Positions 1 through 11,140 of a stretch of 64,000 nucleotides of DNA are shown one piece after another. Made by a program: the position numbers and the translations under genes. The notes beneath the pieces were generated by a model. It was not told where the DNA came from. It worked only from the letters and a program-made list of their open reading frames with translations, and did no database searches. Every line of letters starts with the position of its first letter. The first letter of the stretch is position 1. Source of the DNA: Entomortierella parvispora E1425 (Eukaryota > Fungi > Mortierellomycota); contig BQFW01000010.1 in NCBI GenBank assembly GCA_020891255.1, positions 806,001 to 870,000 of the forward strand. Reading direction: 5' to 3'.

Positions 1-649
1 TTCTCCAGTGGTCCTGTCTGACGTTCGAGGCGGAGATGGTGCGTCCGTGGTCGTCCTGCAAGGATGGGAGAGTGGTTCAGAGAAGAAAAGAAGAAAGAGG
101 AGAGAGAAGGGGGGAGAGAGTAAAAAAAAAATCTTTTTCTTGCGAGCCGTGTGTCGGTGTCGGTGTCTGTGTGTGCTCTCGTTTGCGTGCTCTGTCTGGG
201 TGCCCTGCATTGAACTGGACTGCGAGGCACAATCCCTCCCCGTCCTGGCCTGTCTTTTCATCCAGAAGAGCCTGTCTCTAAGCCACAATGTCGCTGCAGT
301 GTCGGCGATTAATCTATATTCTATCACGTGAATGCTAACTAAGACTAAGGGGTGGGGGAGGGGGATTTCGACTGTTTTGTGGCGGTTTACGGTGTGTGGT
401 GTGCCGTGGTACGCCCTTTTGCTGGTTTGCATCTCTCTTTCTCTTCGTTGCATCCATTCATTGCTTCTTCCCTGCTACCTACCCCTCTTCTCTGTCTGTC
501 TTGTCTGTCCCATGCCCTCGGTTGAGGTGAATTCTTTTGATCCGATTCTCCCTCCATCTCATTCCCCCTCTTCACTCATCGCATCTCTCTTGTCCTTGTT
601 GCTTTGCTCATACTCCGTCGTGCTGGCGTCGTCGTAGGATATTGCAGTT

Positions 650-3600
650 ATGACCGGACTCTCTCAATCCACAAGTGGCAGGATTACTTCTACCGAATTA
701 AAAGATGGCACTGTCATATCTATCAATGGTAAGCACTCTTGTCATCATAACAGCGCTGTTGTCAGCCAGACTGGTTGACAAAGAGCGGAACCTCGGGGAC
801 AACCCAGCGTCCTAGTGTTTCTCAACTGAATGACAGCGTCGCAGCATCTGTGAGACTGGGATACAGGACCTTTCGTCCATTTCCACTTATTTCCTATGTT
901 CTAATCGACTGCTGGATGCATAGATCATGTATACATGGCTTCAGAGTTCACTGGAGAGTCATATTATATTGGACGAGTAATGGAGTTTGGAAAACTGATC
1001 AAAGGGAAGCCCCTTCAAGTGAGGGTGGGCTGGTACTATCGCCCTAAAGATGTAATGGCAAGGAAGAACCATGACCCTCGACTCCTCGTGGCGACCATGC
1101 ACTCTGATATGAACCCCGTTTCTAGCATCCGTGGCCGTTGCACTGTCCTCCACCAGGCTTACATTTCAGATCTGGATAGCTACAAAAAAATCCCGGATCA
1201 TTTTTACTACAATCAGCTTTTTGACCGATATATCCATCGGTTCTACGACGTGCTCCCTGTAGAATCCGTACGTAATCTACCATCAGACGTGGCAGAAGAG
1301 CTTGGTAGACGGTATCAGTATATCGTGGTTGAGGCTGGAACTGCTTCAGAATATACAGACGCTCACAGGGTTTGTCTGATCTGCAAGCGTTGGTGTGCAA
1401 GGTACTTACGAAGTTCTAAACTGATGGAGGAGCGCAGTTGCTCAAATATTGAGGTTTATTATGAAATCCTCAAATCTAATGAGCCCTGAGACTGAATCAT
1501 ACCTTCGCTATACTTATCGCACACTCTCCACTCTGACATAGTGGCGAGGCGCTAAAGTGTATCATGTGCCATGGATTCCACCATATGTTATGCATTAACC
1601 CACCTATGCTTCGAAAGCCTTCTAAAGGGTTCGCTTTTCAGTGTGCAGTCTGTACAAAGCTCGCCATGGAATCCCCCTCCTTGCCGCCAGGGCCGAAAAC
1701 ATCTGCCAATAACAACAGCAGCAACATCAACAGCAGTAATGGTGTCACCGTTGGTTCTAGCGCTTCATCTGGACAAAACTCGCCTCGAGGATCTCCCAAG
1801 CAGACATCTGTATCCACTCTAACGGTCATTCCGACTGCCAATGGTCACTCTGGTGGCCCAAACTCACGCACCAATTCTCGAATTGGGTCAAACGCTATTT
1901 CGTTCACTACTGCTCCACAGGAAGAAAAAATGTCCCACATGTGGCCATTTCGATACTTTGGGACACATGCAGACATCCGTGACATTTTCGGTATGGTTTT
2001 CCTTTTGTAGTGCAAAGTCCCACGTATTTTTTTAGTTTGTATATATCCTGACATGTTATATTACAGATCCCGATGATCGTGTCTATCCTAGGGCCTCTAG
2101 TCGGGTGGGGACTCGATATCAGGCCATGGTAGTTAAATGGGAAGGACCAGGCCAAATTCTTGCAACATCTACAATCTTCGATGATCCACAAAACTCAACT
2201 GCGCGAGGACGTTCAAGAAAAGGAGGTCGAGGTGGACGACCATCCAACAAACTGCGGGTTGTAGAAGGTAAATTCCCGATCTCATGTGCCTCAAATATGT
2301 TCATGATTCACCAGAATGCTTATTGACTCTTAACTACTAGAATTAACAGAGTCCCAGTCTCGCGCACACTCGGCCTCATTGGATGCTGTTCAAGACGGCC
2401 CGGAGACTCCAGTGACCCCCTCGTCCCCTGCTCGATCAGCTGCGGATGACCTTATCCACACTGAGAGAGGAGGGGATGACACTGTATCGCTTCTGTATTC
2501 AAAGCCAAGCCATATTGCCGATGAGTTTGGTGAGTCAAAAGGGAACACTGCCATTGCATACTACTTGTCTCGTAATTTTGACTCAACTTTTCCTTTTATT
2601 ATTTAGTAACCTCCTACCTGGACCGGATCAAAGAGATCAAAAATTTACCACTTCCTATGCACTCTGCAGACTTGGTCGACAAGGCGTTGAATACCTTGCA
2701 GCGATCAGGGTTCGATGCAGACAAAGCAATTGCGGAGTTAGGGAAGGTGAATCAAAAGACTTTTGATATTCAAGATTGGTCCCAGGATGAGATTGAGGCA
2801 TTCGAAGAGGGGATCCGACTCTTTGGGCACGAGCTCTTTGCTGTGAAGAAGCGGGTGGAAACTCGGTCTATGAAGGACATTGTCCGGTTCTTTTATCAAT
2901 GGAAAAAGACCGAGCGTTATCAGCCCGTCTATTCAATATTTACAAATGTCAACAAGCCAAAGTAAGCTGTCACAATTGCCTTGCTTAAGTGCACCATGAA
3001 CGCTCAATCTAACACATATGTTTTTCTACATGCAGTAAGAAGTTCAAGTCCGTGGGTCGTGGTGAAGTTACATCGCCTATTCTTGGAGCAGGTCGACTAA
3101 AGCCGTCTGAACAAGAGTCAAGTGCTGCAGACTCGTTACTGGATTTCGATGCCATTATTCTGCCTTCTTCTGAGAACGCCAACAAATTCGAGTGTGCACA
3201 CTGTGGAACCTCCACCACGACGGCCTGGAGACGAGCACCAGGGGAAATCGACAAGAAAAAAAGATACCCCAAAGTGTATTGCAATGATTGCGGTAACGAC
3301 TGGGCCCGCTACGTAACTCTTCCCCCCCTGGATGCACAGAAGGAGGGTAGTAAGAAATTCAAAAAGGACCGGGAGAAGGACAAGGATAAGGATAGGGACC
3401 TGGCAGGTATGGGCATGATGTTATATTAGAGAAGTTGTCATGCTAGCATATTCCTGATATCTCGTATCCTATATTTTGTTTTTGATGAATCAATTAGCCA
3501 AGTCGTCCGTAGTCACTTCCACGGACTCGTCTATGGCCGTGAAGCGGAAACGCGCTGACATGAAAACTACGACCTCTAAAAAAGTCAAGGAGCAGGTAGA

Positions 3601-4907
3601 TATTTGGCAACTGCGCCTGAGAGAATGTTGGGTCTGTAATTTGATTCTCAACACAATAATCATCAACGATATTCTCAATTACTAGTCACGCTCTCCGTCA
3701 CCAGTACCAGAGGCTCCTTGTGCTGTTTGTGATAATTTGGCTGGACCAAATGAGCACTTGTTGAAGTGCCATGGTTGTCGACTTCTGGTGCATCGCGGTA
3801 AGCATTTGATCCTGGCATGGTAGTTGGTTTGTAATAGGTGGTTAGTTCTAATTCAAACTCCTCTGCCGCCATTGTTAGACTGTTATGGTATTGCAGAGTC
3901 CGTTTCTAACCGAAAGTGGTACTGCGATCCTTGTACCAACAACCAGAACCCGACTTGTTCAACAGTAGGTTTTTATGGTCACTCGGAGTTACCGTTGTTG
4001 GCCATTCAAAGATGCTTGCCTGACAGTTTTGTTATTAATGGTTACATTATAGACATACAATTGTGTACTCTGCACAAAGACATCGGAGGGCGCACCCCAG
4101 GCTCTAAAGAGGACAAGTGGGAATAACTGGGCCCATGTCCTTTGTGCAATCTGGATTCCAGAAACCAACTTTGTAAGCGTGAGCTCTTTTTCGCCAGTGG
4201 AGTCCATTGGCAAAATCCGTCATGAACGCTGGAAGCAAGCATGTTCAATCTGTAAAAAGAAAACTGGCGCCTGTGTTGGCTGCGGGGAAGGATGCAAAAA
4301 AGTATTCCATGTCAGTTGCGCCCGAGATGCTGGGTACAAGATTGCTTTTGAGATGCAGCCAACACGGACTGTCAAGGCAGGAATCATGGTGCCTATGATT
4401 TGGTGCCCAAACCACGATCTGAGTGCACGTAAAGTGATCCAGATCCGAGACCAACCCGACGCACAGACCGACCGAACGGCCCTTCAAACATATGCTTTTT
4501 ACTACAAACAATGTGATGTGTCCGTCCCTGGAGCCATGCGCAAGTGCAGGTTGTTGATGGCCATGAATCCCGGAATAGGTAGCGCCTCCTCTTGGTCAGG
4601 AAATGGGGTGCCCAGTGGCCGCCGAGTGTCCTACAATAGTCCGGGCCCAAAGGCAGTGTTATCAAAGCGTCGCGTAATGCCAGAGGAATTGTCCTGTAGG
4701 CTTTGTTTCACAAACTCATCGCCTATCTGGTGGAACGACGAAAAGTCAAGAGCGTCTACTCTACAAGATGTTCACAACGGTACGGCCATCAAAATCGAGG
4801 GGGGTCGCTCTCTAGATAGGGAGTTGCTGGCCGATGGTGATTCGCCGTCTGTTGTATGTCATGCCTGCTTTTGGGACACCAATGATTCAGCCACTAGGAT
4901 ACAATAA
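650..4907 (+). CDS. SNT2: SNT2-like chromatin E3 ligase (BAH, PHD, ELM2-SANT, GATA-type Zn finger, PHD, extended PHD); multi-exon
   Basis: ATG 650, intron 729-923, then BAH (DHVYMASEFTGESYYIGRVMEF). PHD (CIMCHGFHHMLCINPP...FQCAVC), ELM2 (RVGTRYQA), SANT (WSQDEIEAFEEGIRLFG), CAHCGTSTTTAWRR, second PHD and ePHD (NWAHVLCAIWIPE...CSICKKKTGACVGC...FHVSCA). The introns I checked are GT-AG and keep frame; stop TAA 4905-4907. Confidence 0.88.
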
Positions 4908-4961
4908 ATTGCACATCTGATTCTGGGGACCTTGAAAACACAATAAAGTCAGTTTGCGGAT

Positions 4962-7145
4962 TTATTGTTCGTTCAATTTGATGGACTGCAAAACATGCTG
5001 AACCTGCTCCAGTAAGTCTGGTAGAGCGTCTTCGACCTCTCTGCCTCCTTGCGGATCCTGTTCGCTATCAGCGAGATTGCCATCACTGACACTGTCCAGA
5101 CTGTGCTTTTGCTGCTTTTGATTGGCTTCAAGAAGAGAAAGTCCATTCAACAAAGTCTCTAAAGCTTCCTCCGTTTCATCGGCATCCATCAGCCTACAAG
5201 GCCGCCTGCCTAACGGTTTCTGATCCAGATCAATATCACCATCGACATCAGCGTTTGTTTCCATGCCATCCTCATTGTCATCCTCATAACCATTCATCTC
5301 TCCAATATTTTCCCCAAATCGTGGCTCTCCCTGCCACAGACTGCCCGGCTCCGTAATATGTATGTGTTGGCGCATGTATTTATCGGCTCTGTCCCATGAC
5401 CTCTCTTTCTGTCGCTCCTTTTGCCTTTCTCCATATTGTAAGCGCTGCTGGCGAAGAACATAAGGACGCAGCAAATTTACAATACCCTTAATCTGGTAAA
5501 GAAGAGCAGGCGACTGAGTTGGTGGGATATGCATAGATCTGTTGTTGCTGTTGTTGTGGTGACCGAAAAAATCAATATATCCAGGTGTCGCGTATGTTGA
5601 TTCCATTGTTGCACCTTCCTGAGCCCGTGACAGCAAATAGCTTAGCCGTGATTCTGCCAGATCCAGGGGGGTCTTGTGCGTCATGGGAGATGCCAATGTC
5701 ATGTCTGCGCCTACGACATATTGCGTTATAATAGACAGTTAAATACGCGGCATTCTTGATGAGAGCAGGCTGTCTGTGAACTTGAAAAACATTTCCTACC
5801 AGCCTTAAGTAAGGATGCAACAACATCTATACGGTTTGATATGATGGCTACGATGGGGGATAGCGAGTGGTCATTATAATGACTTGCGGAATCACATTAA
5901 GCATCAATTCTTTGCATCATACCTAAGTGCAGAGGCATATTCCCAGCAATATCTCGGCCACAGTCCGGCCGTACACCGCGCTCTAACAGGAAGTCGACCA
6001 ACTCCAAGTCTCCCGAAGCTGCTGCAAAGTGAAGGGGAGAGCGTTTCTTCTCATCTACACAGTACGGAGAGGGCCCAGGATGTGAATCTAAAAGTTCTCT
6101 TACAGCTTGAACCGCTAATTGATACGTTGGGCGAGTGAGAGATTATCGATATGGGGTTGAGTAAGGCACGCAAGTAAGTAATATATCACATTGTACTTAA
6201 GATCTACATTCGGAATAGTGACGGCAAAGCCAAAGAAGTAAATGCAGGTGCACATCGCCCATCACGCGATAATATTCGCCACGTGTAGATTCCACTGATA
6301 AATCCTGTAGTGATGTGTGCTGATTAAAGTCGCGCAGCCCTGGATCCTCAATCCTCATCTGAATATATTTTGAAAATATTCGATGGACGATTTGCCGAGT
6401 TGCAATGTAAGCTGTTTTGACAGAGCTCCAGAAGATTGCGAGATTCTGTTGACGAGTCTTTCACTCAATAGCCTTCCCCACCTAACGAGGTGCTTCCACT
6501 GAATCATCCCTGCATGCTGCTGTTCCTCCTGCATAAGTCAAAATACCTACCACTACCAGTGGGTCCTAGTCCTCCTCGAGAAGACGCTGCTTGTAGCAGC
6601 CTCGATTCTTTCATTGCTATTTCGAGTGCTTTTTGGATGGGGAATACTGAGAGGGATGGTCGATGGTACCCAGAGGATGACTTTGTAGGTGATATCCCAG
6701 AGCTTTGATTTTTGCCACCAAAGAGATTGGCGCCACTTCGAACGTGCCCGTTGAAAGATGCATGTATAGTCAATGGACTATCGTAGCTACTGCCTAAGCT
6801 CCTTCCATATCCAATGCCACGCCCGTTACTGATCCCCAATAACCCTCCTGGAGGTCGCGGGGGCCGAGGTGGAGGCGGAGTATCGGACAGTGTCAAGGAA
6901 GGTAGAATTTCGAGATAGGATGATACGGTGGAACGGGGAAGAGCCGAAGGCGGAATGGATGCTGCAGTGGTCGATGAAGAAGACGACGATGCGGGTATGT
7001 TGCTTTGAGAACGAGCCAGCCTGTGGCTTCCATGACGAGCAGAATGAGACCGAATACGGTTCGCGCCCATGGTCTGATGGAGAACCATGTCCTCGAGTTC
7101 GTCTGGGGTCCTCGAAGATGAGAGTCCTTTTCCAGAGCCGCGCAT
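4962..7145 (-). CDS. Ankyrin-repeat protein, 4 exons, disordered N-terminus
   Basis: Likely ATG at 7145 (the ORF-track start at 7265 is GTG). Small exons absent from the ORF track (~6115-5920, ~5848-5800) read VQAVRELLDSHPGPSPYCVDEKKRSPLHFAAASGDLELVDFLLERG...GNMPLHLAIISNRIDVVASLLKAGADMTL...TPLDLA, i.e. about 3 ankyrin repeats. The phase-1 GT-AG junctions are compatible. Confidence 0.8.
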
Positions 7146-7260
7146 AGCTATTTCAAGCTGATATAGATATATTTTAGATCCAGTGTATGAGTGTATGGTC
7201 TGTCGTTGCTGTTCGTCGAGGTCCTTCGTGTCAAGAGTCGCGGGAGGCCGCCAGGTCTCA

Positions 7261-7269
7261 ATCACGTGA
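7261..7269. promoter_or_regulatory. ATCACGTGA bHLH (E-box) element in the ankyrin/CCT4 divergent promoter
   Basis: Lies midway between the two ATGs (116 and 108 nt). The same 9-mer recurs at 323, 27776, 42935 and 51517. Confidence 0.65.
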
Positions 7270-7376
7270 GTGAGCTATTCTCTGGTGGCTTGTGCCGTCC
7301 TTTCTTCCATCCCCTTCATCGCGAGGTTGATGCGATCGCATCCCTCCTCACACCACCCCCTCTCTCATACATTACA

Positions 7377-8627
7377 ATGGTTGACGCAGCTCCAGCACCA
7401 AAGACCGGCGGTGGATCCTTCAAGGACAAGGACAAGCCCGTGGAAGTGCGCCTCAGCAACATCATTGCCGCCAAGGGTATTCTTTCTCTGCACTACTATG
7501 TCGCCAACTACAAAAGTGATCGCGTTGAGCTCTCTGCCATAATATCTCGTCCACTGGACACTAGGGGAGATGGACAGGAACTGCGCAACACTTAACTAGG
7601 GACTCTGCCTTGTGCACACACCGTACTCTGGAATCTGACTTATTTTTGTTCTCTTTCACTCTTCCAGCTGTCAGTGATGCAGTCCGTACTTCTCTGGGAC
7701 CCAAGGGAATGGACAAGATGGTGAGCAGCCTTTTTGATCTAATGTTGCGCTCGACTGCTTTATCTGAGCACAGTATTAACTAAAGCCTATTTTTCAACAT
7801 GAACGCAGATCAAGACTAGTAATGGTGAAGTCATCATTACCAACGATGGTGCCACCATCTTGAAGCATATGGCCGTCCTCCATCCTGCCGCCAAAATGGT
7901 AAACAGTTGTTTTCATCGTGTTATCTACCGCAAGAACATCGAGAGCTAACTCAACGTGCCTCTTAGTTGGTTGATCTGTCCGCAGCTCAGGATGTTGAAG
8001 CTGGTGATGGTACTACTTCTGTTGTTGTTTTGGCCGGGTCTCTCTTAGGAGCTGCTCAAAAGATGCTTTCCAAGGGAATTCACCCAACTACAATCGCGGA
8101 GTCGTTTCAGCGCGCCTCCCACAAGGCTAACGAGTTCTTGACTGAGGTTGCTACCAAGTTGGATCTTGCTGATCGCGAGTCTTTGCTCAAGAGTGCTAGC
8201 ACTTCACTCAACTCGAAGATCGTTTCCCAGTACTCAGGGCTGTTTGCCCCCATTGCCGTCGATGCAGTTCTCAGAGTCATTGATCCCGCCACCGCAATTA
8301 ATGTCGACCTCAAGGACATTCGCATTGTGAAGAAGGTTGGAGGCACCATTGATGATACCGAGTTGGTTGATGGCCTTGTTCTTGCTCAGAACGTTGTCAA
8401 GTCCGCGGGAGGCCCCACCAGAATCGAGAAGGCCAAGATTGGTTTGATCCAGTTCCAGCTGTCACCTCCTAAGCCAGATGTACGTATCGTCCTTATGATG
8501 ACGATAGTGATGACAGTGACAGTGAAGACAATGCTATTGTTTTGTTGTTTTGTAGTTGTTTGAAAAGCCGAAGCGTGTTGTATTCTGGTATTGTCATGCA
8601 GTGAATCTGAAAAAAAAACGTCACTAA

Positions 8628-8661
<34 letters not shown>

Positions 8662-9584
8662 GCACTCTATAGATGGAGAACCAGATCATTGTCAACGATT
8701 ATCGTCAGATGGACAAGATTTTGAAGGAGGAGCGCCAATATCTGCTTAACATGGTCAAGAAGATCAAAAAATCCGGATGTAACGTTGTTTTGATTCAGAA
8801 GTCCATTCTTCGTGATGCCGTCAACGATCTCTCCCTCCATTTCTTAGCCAAGCTGAAGATCATGGTTATTAAGGACATTGAGCGTGACGAGATCGAGTTT
8901 ATCTGCAAGAGCACTGGATGCAAGCCAATTGCCGATATTGACTCGTTCACAGAGGATAAGCTTGGATATGCGGATTTGATTGACGAGGTGCAGGCATCCG
9001 GATCGCGTGTTGTCAAGGTTACTGGAGTCAAGCATGCTGGAAAGACTGTTTCGATTCTCTGCCACGGTGCCAACTCGCTCGTTCTGGAAGAGGCGGAAAG
9101 ATCTCTTCATGATGCTCTTTGCGTCATTCGCTGCTTGGTGAAAAAGAGATATTTGATTGCTGGAGGCGGTGCACCTGAGATCGAAGTTTCGTTGAGACTG
9201 CAAGAGTATGCCAAGACTCTGCGTGGAATGGAAGCTCACTGTTTCCAAGCTTTTGCCGAGGCCTTGGAGGTCATCCCCATCACTTTGGCCGAGAATGCTG
9301 GACTCAACCCCATCGCTATTGTGACCGAGCTCCGCAACCGCCACGCTTTGGGAGAAACCACTGCCGGAATCAACGTTCGCAAGGGTGCAATCACCAACAT
9401 TCTGGATGAAAATGTTATCCAGCCTCTGTTGGTGTCTACTAGTGCGATCGAGTTGGCAGCTGAAACCGTTAAGATGCTGCTTAAGATTGATGATCTGGTA
9501 AGTTGTGTTTAGTCAAGGAAAATTTACGTTGGTTGAACTGTCCCACTCACATACTTTTCCTCTCTCCAGGTCCAAACCCGATAA
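7377..9584 (+). CDS. CCT4: T-complex protein 1 subunit delta (CCT/TRiC chaperonin)
   Basis: MVDAAPAPK...[51 protein letters not shown]. Last intron 9498-9569 followed by a 15-nt terminal exon GTC CAA ACC CGA TAA (VQTR*). Confidence 0.97.
8630..8660 (+). repeat. T31 homopolymer in a CCT4 intron, between branch point and 3' splice site
   Basis: CTAAC followed by 31 T, then GGCACTCTATAG. Confidence 0.9.
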
Positions 9585-9683
9585 ATTTGTCCTTCCCATG
9601 TTGATGTATCGTAATAAAAAAATTTCATCTTTAAAAAATTATTTGGATTTTGATCCCGAACCCAAAAAGATTCTCGCAAGACC

Positions 9684-10676
9684 ATGGACAGGCACGAGGA
9701 TCGCCTTACGCATCTACTTGGACACTGGGGTTGCCTTTCAAATGCGCGAAAAGTGCTTGTTCCAGAGAGCGATGACGACGATGACGACAACAGGAATGAT
9801 CACCGTTTGGGACATGACTTGAACTCTGCAAGATCCAAAGAAGTGTCCCCAAAGTTAATGCGTACATCGGCAGGCAGTAGGCAAGCGTTATGGATGAATG
9901 CTGGAAATCGCATGGAGCTTCTCTCCGCTTCTATTCAGGGAAAGGTCCTTATCTCTCCCTGGCGACAGACGCTGCGGCAACGCAGGCCAAGGATACAGGC
10001 AACGTTGCAGATGCCAAATCAGCATCAAACTCATACTCAAACGCAGACGAGACCACAGGGACTACCGAGGCATGACCTATTGGTACATTCGGATATTAGT
10101 CAAGGACGATCCTCCCAAACTCCAAAAGAAGATATCCGGGATGTTGCTATCAAAAAAGAAGATATCGAGTTTGCAAATGAGTTTGGAGAATACAGAAGTC
10201 AACACGAAATGGAGAGTATCGAGCGCAAGCGCAATTCGCCAAGTGCCTCATGGCATCCCCAGCAATCCGATGACCTTCTTGACTTCACACCAGCACCAGA
10301 GCTGCCCATGTTTTCACAACCGTATCTTACTGCAACCCCGACTTCATCAGGAGCAGTGTTGGCCACGATATCAACAGCAGTGGGATCGACAGCAACCCCA
10401 GGTGACGAAACAACTGATGATAGGCGTCAACTATTCATCAAGTCTAGGGAGCGGCCATTTCAACGGTCTTCTTCTACGCCGAATCTATCTTTGTCGCCTT
10501 TGGCATCTTCTGGGCCCAAGAAAAAAAAGAGCGGCAAACGTAAACGTCGACAATCACAGTCTGTGCCATCCTCGCCATCGTTGTCATCCAGTCTGGTGAT
10601 TGCAGAAAGCATATCTGATATCGCTAAATACGTGGATGATAACCTCTCAGGATATGAACTACGGCCGTCTTATTGA
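9684..10676 (+). CDS. Hypothetical low-complexity protein (330 aa) with basic NLS-like stretch
   Basis: 993-nt uninterrupted ORF, Ser/Pro/Gln-rich, with a KKKKSGKRKRR motif. No domain recognised. Starts only 99 nt after the CCT4 stop. Confidence 0.5.
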   Translation: MDRHEDRLTHLLGHWGCLSNARKVLVPESDDDDDDNRNDHRLGHDLNSARSKEVSPKLMRTSAGSRQALWMNAGNRMELLSASIQGKVLISPWRQTLRQRRPRIQATLQMPNQHQTHTQTQTRPQGLPRHDLLVHSDISQGRSSQTPKEDIRDVAIKKEDIEFANEFGEYRSQHEMESIERKRNSPSASWHPQQSDDLLDFTPAPELPMFSQPYLTATPTSSGAVLATISTAVGSTATPGDETTDDRRQLFIKSRERPFQRSSSTPNLSLSPLASSGPKKKKSGKRKRRQSQSVPSSPSLSSSLVIAESISDIAKYVDDNLSGYELRPSY

Positions 10677-11140
10677 TATCGTGTGCCATGATTTTTGTAT
10701 CCATATACCCCATTCTTTTTTCTACTTATCAAAGACAAAGAAACAAAGAAACACACAAAGCGACCCGAGGCCACGCGCTCGACTGATCTTGCACCTGGGT
10801 TTTGTGCAACCCATTTTGCTTTCTGCAATTTGCTCCAGAGAAGGAAGGTGCGCCTCAACAACAAGAGGCTATTGGATGAATTCCACCACTGCGTGCGACC
10901 TGCCAGCCGACCAGGCGACTTGAGCAAGATTCCAGTGCACAGACACGTCGCATCAACGCTTGTGCCTGGTTGCCCGCTTGCCCTTTTTTTTTTATTTCTT
11001 CTTTTCCTTTCTCGCATTACCTCTTTTCCATCCTTCCAACCATTCATTTTCCTCTCTTTGAATCGGACAAGTAATCCGAGCTCTCTCTCATCCCGATACC
11101 TGGTCAATCTTCCGTCAGTACGCAACAGAAACGCAAGACC

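Noticed and set aside
8496-8610. ATGATGA ... CTGA in a CCT4 intron (possible C/D snoRNA)
   Set aside because: The C-like boxes lie within a GATGAC/GACAGT simple repeat, there is no terminal stem, and I found no rRNA complement.
8844-9344. 166-aa minus-strand ORF, and similar antisense ORFs in FBP1, SF3B3, KHA1 and the CSC1-like gene
   Set aside because: They overlap conserved genes on the opposite strand and show no protein motifs.
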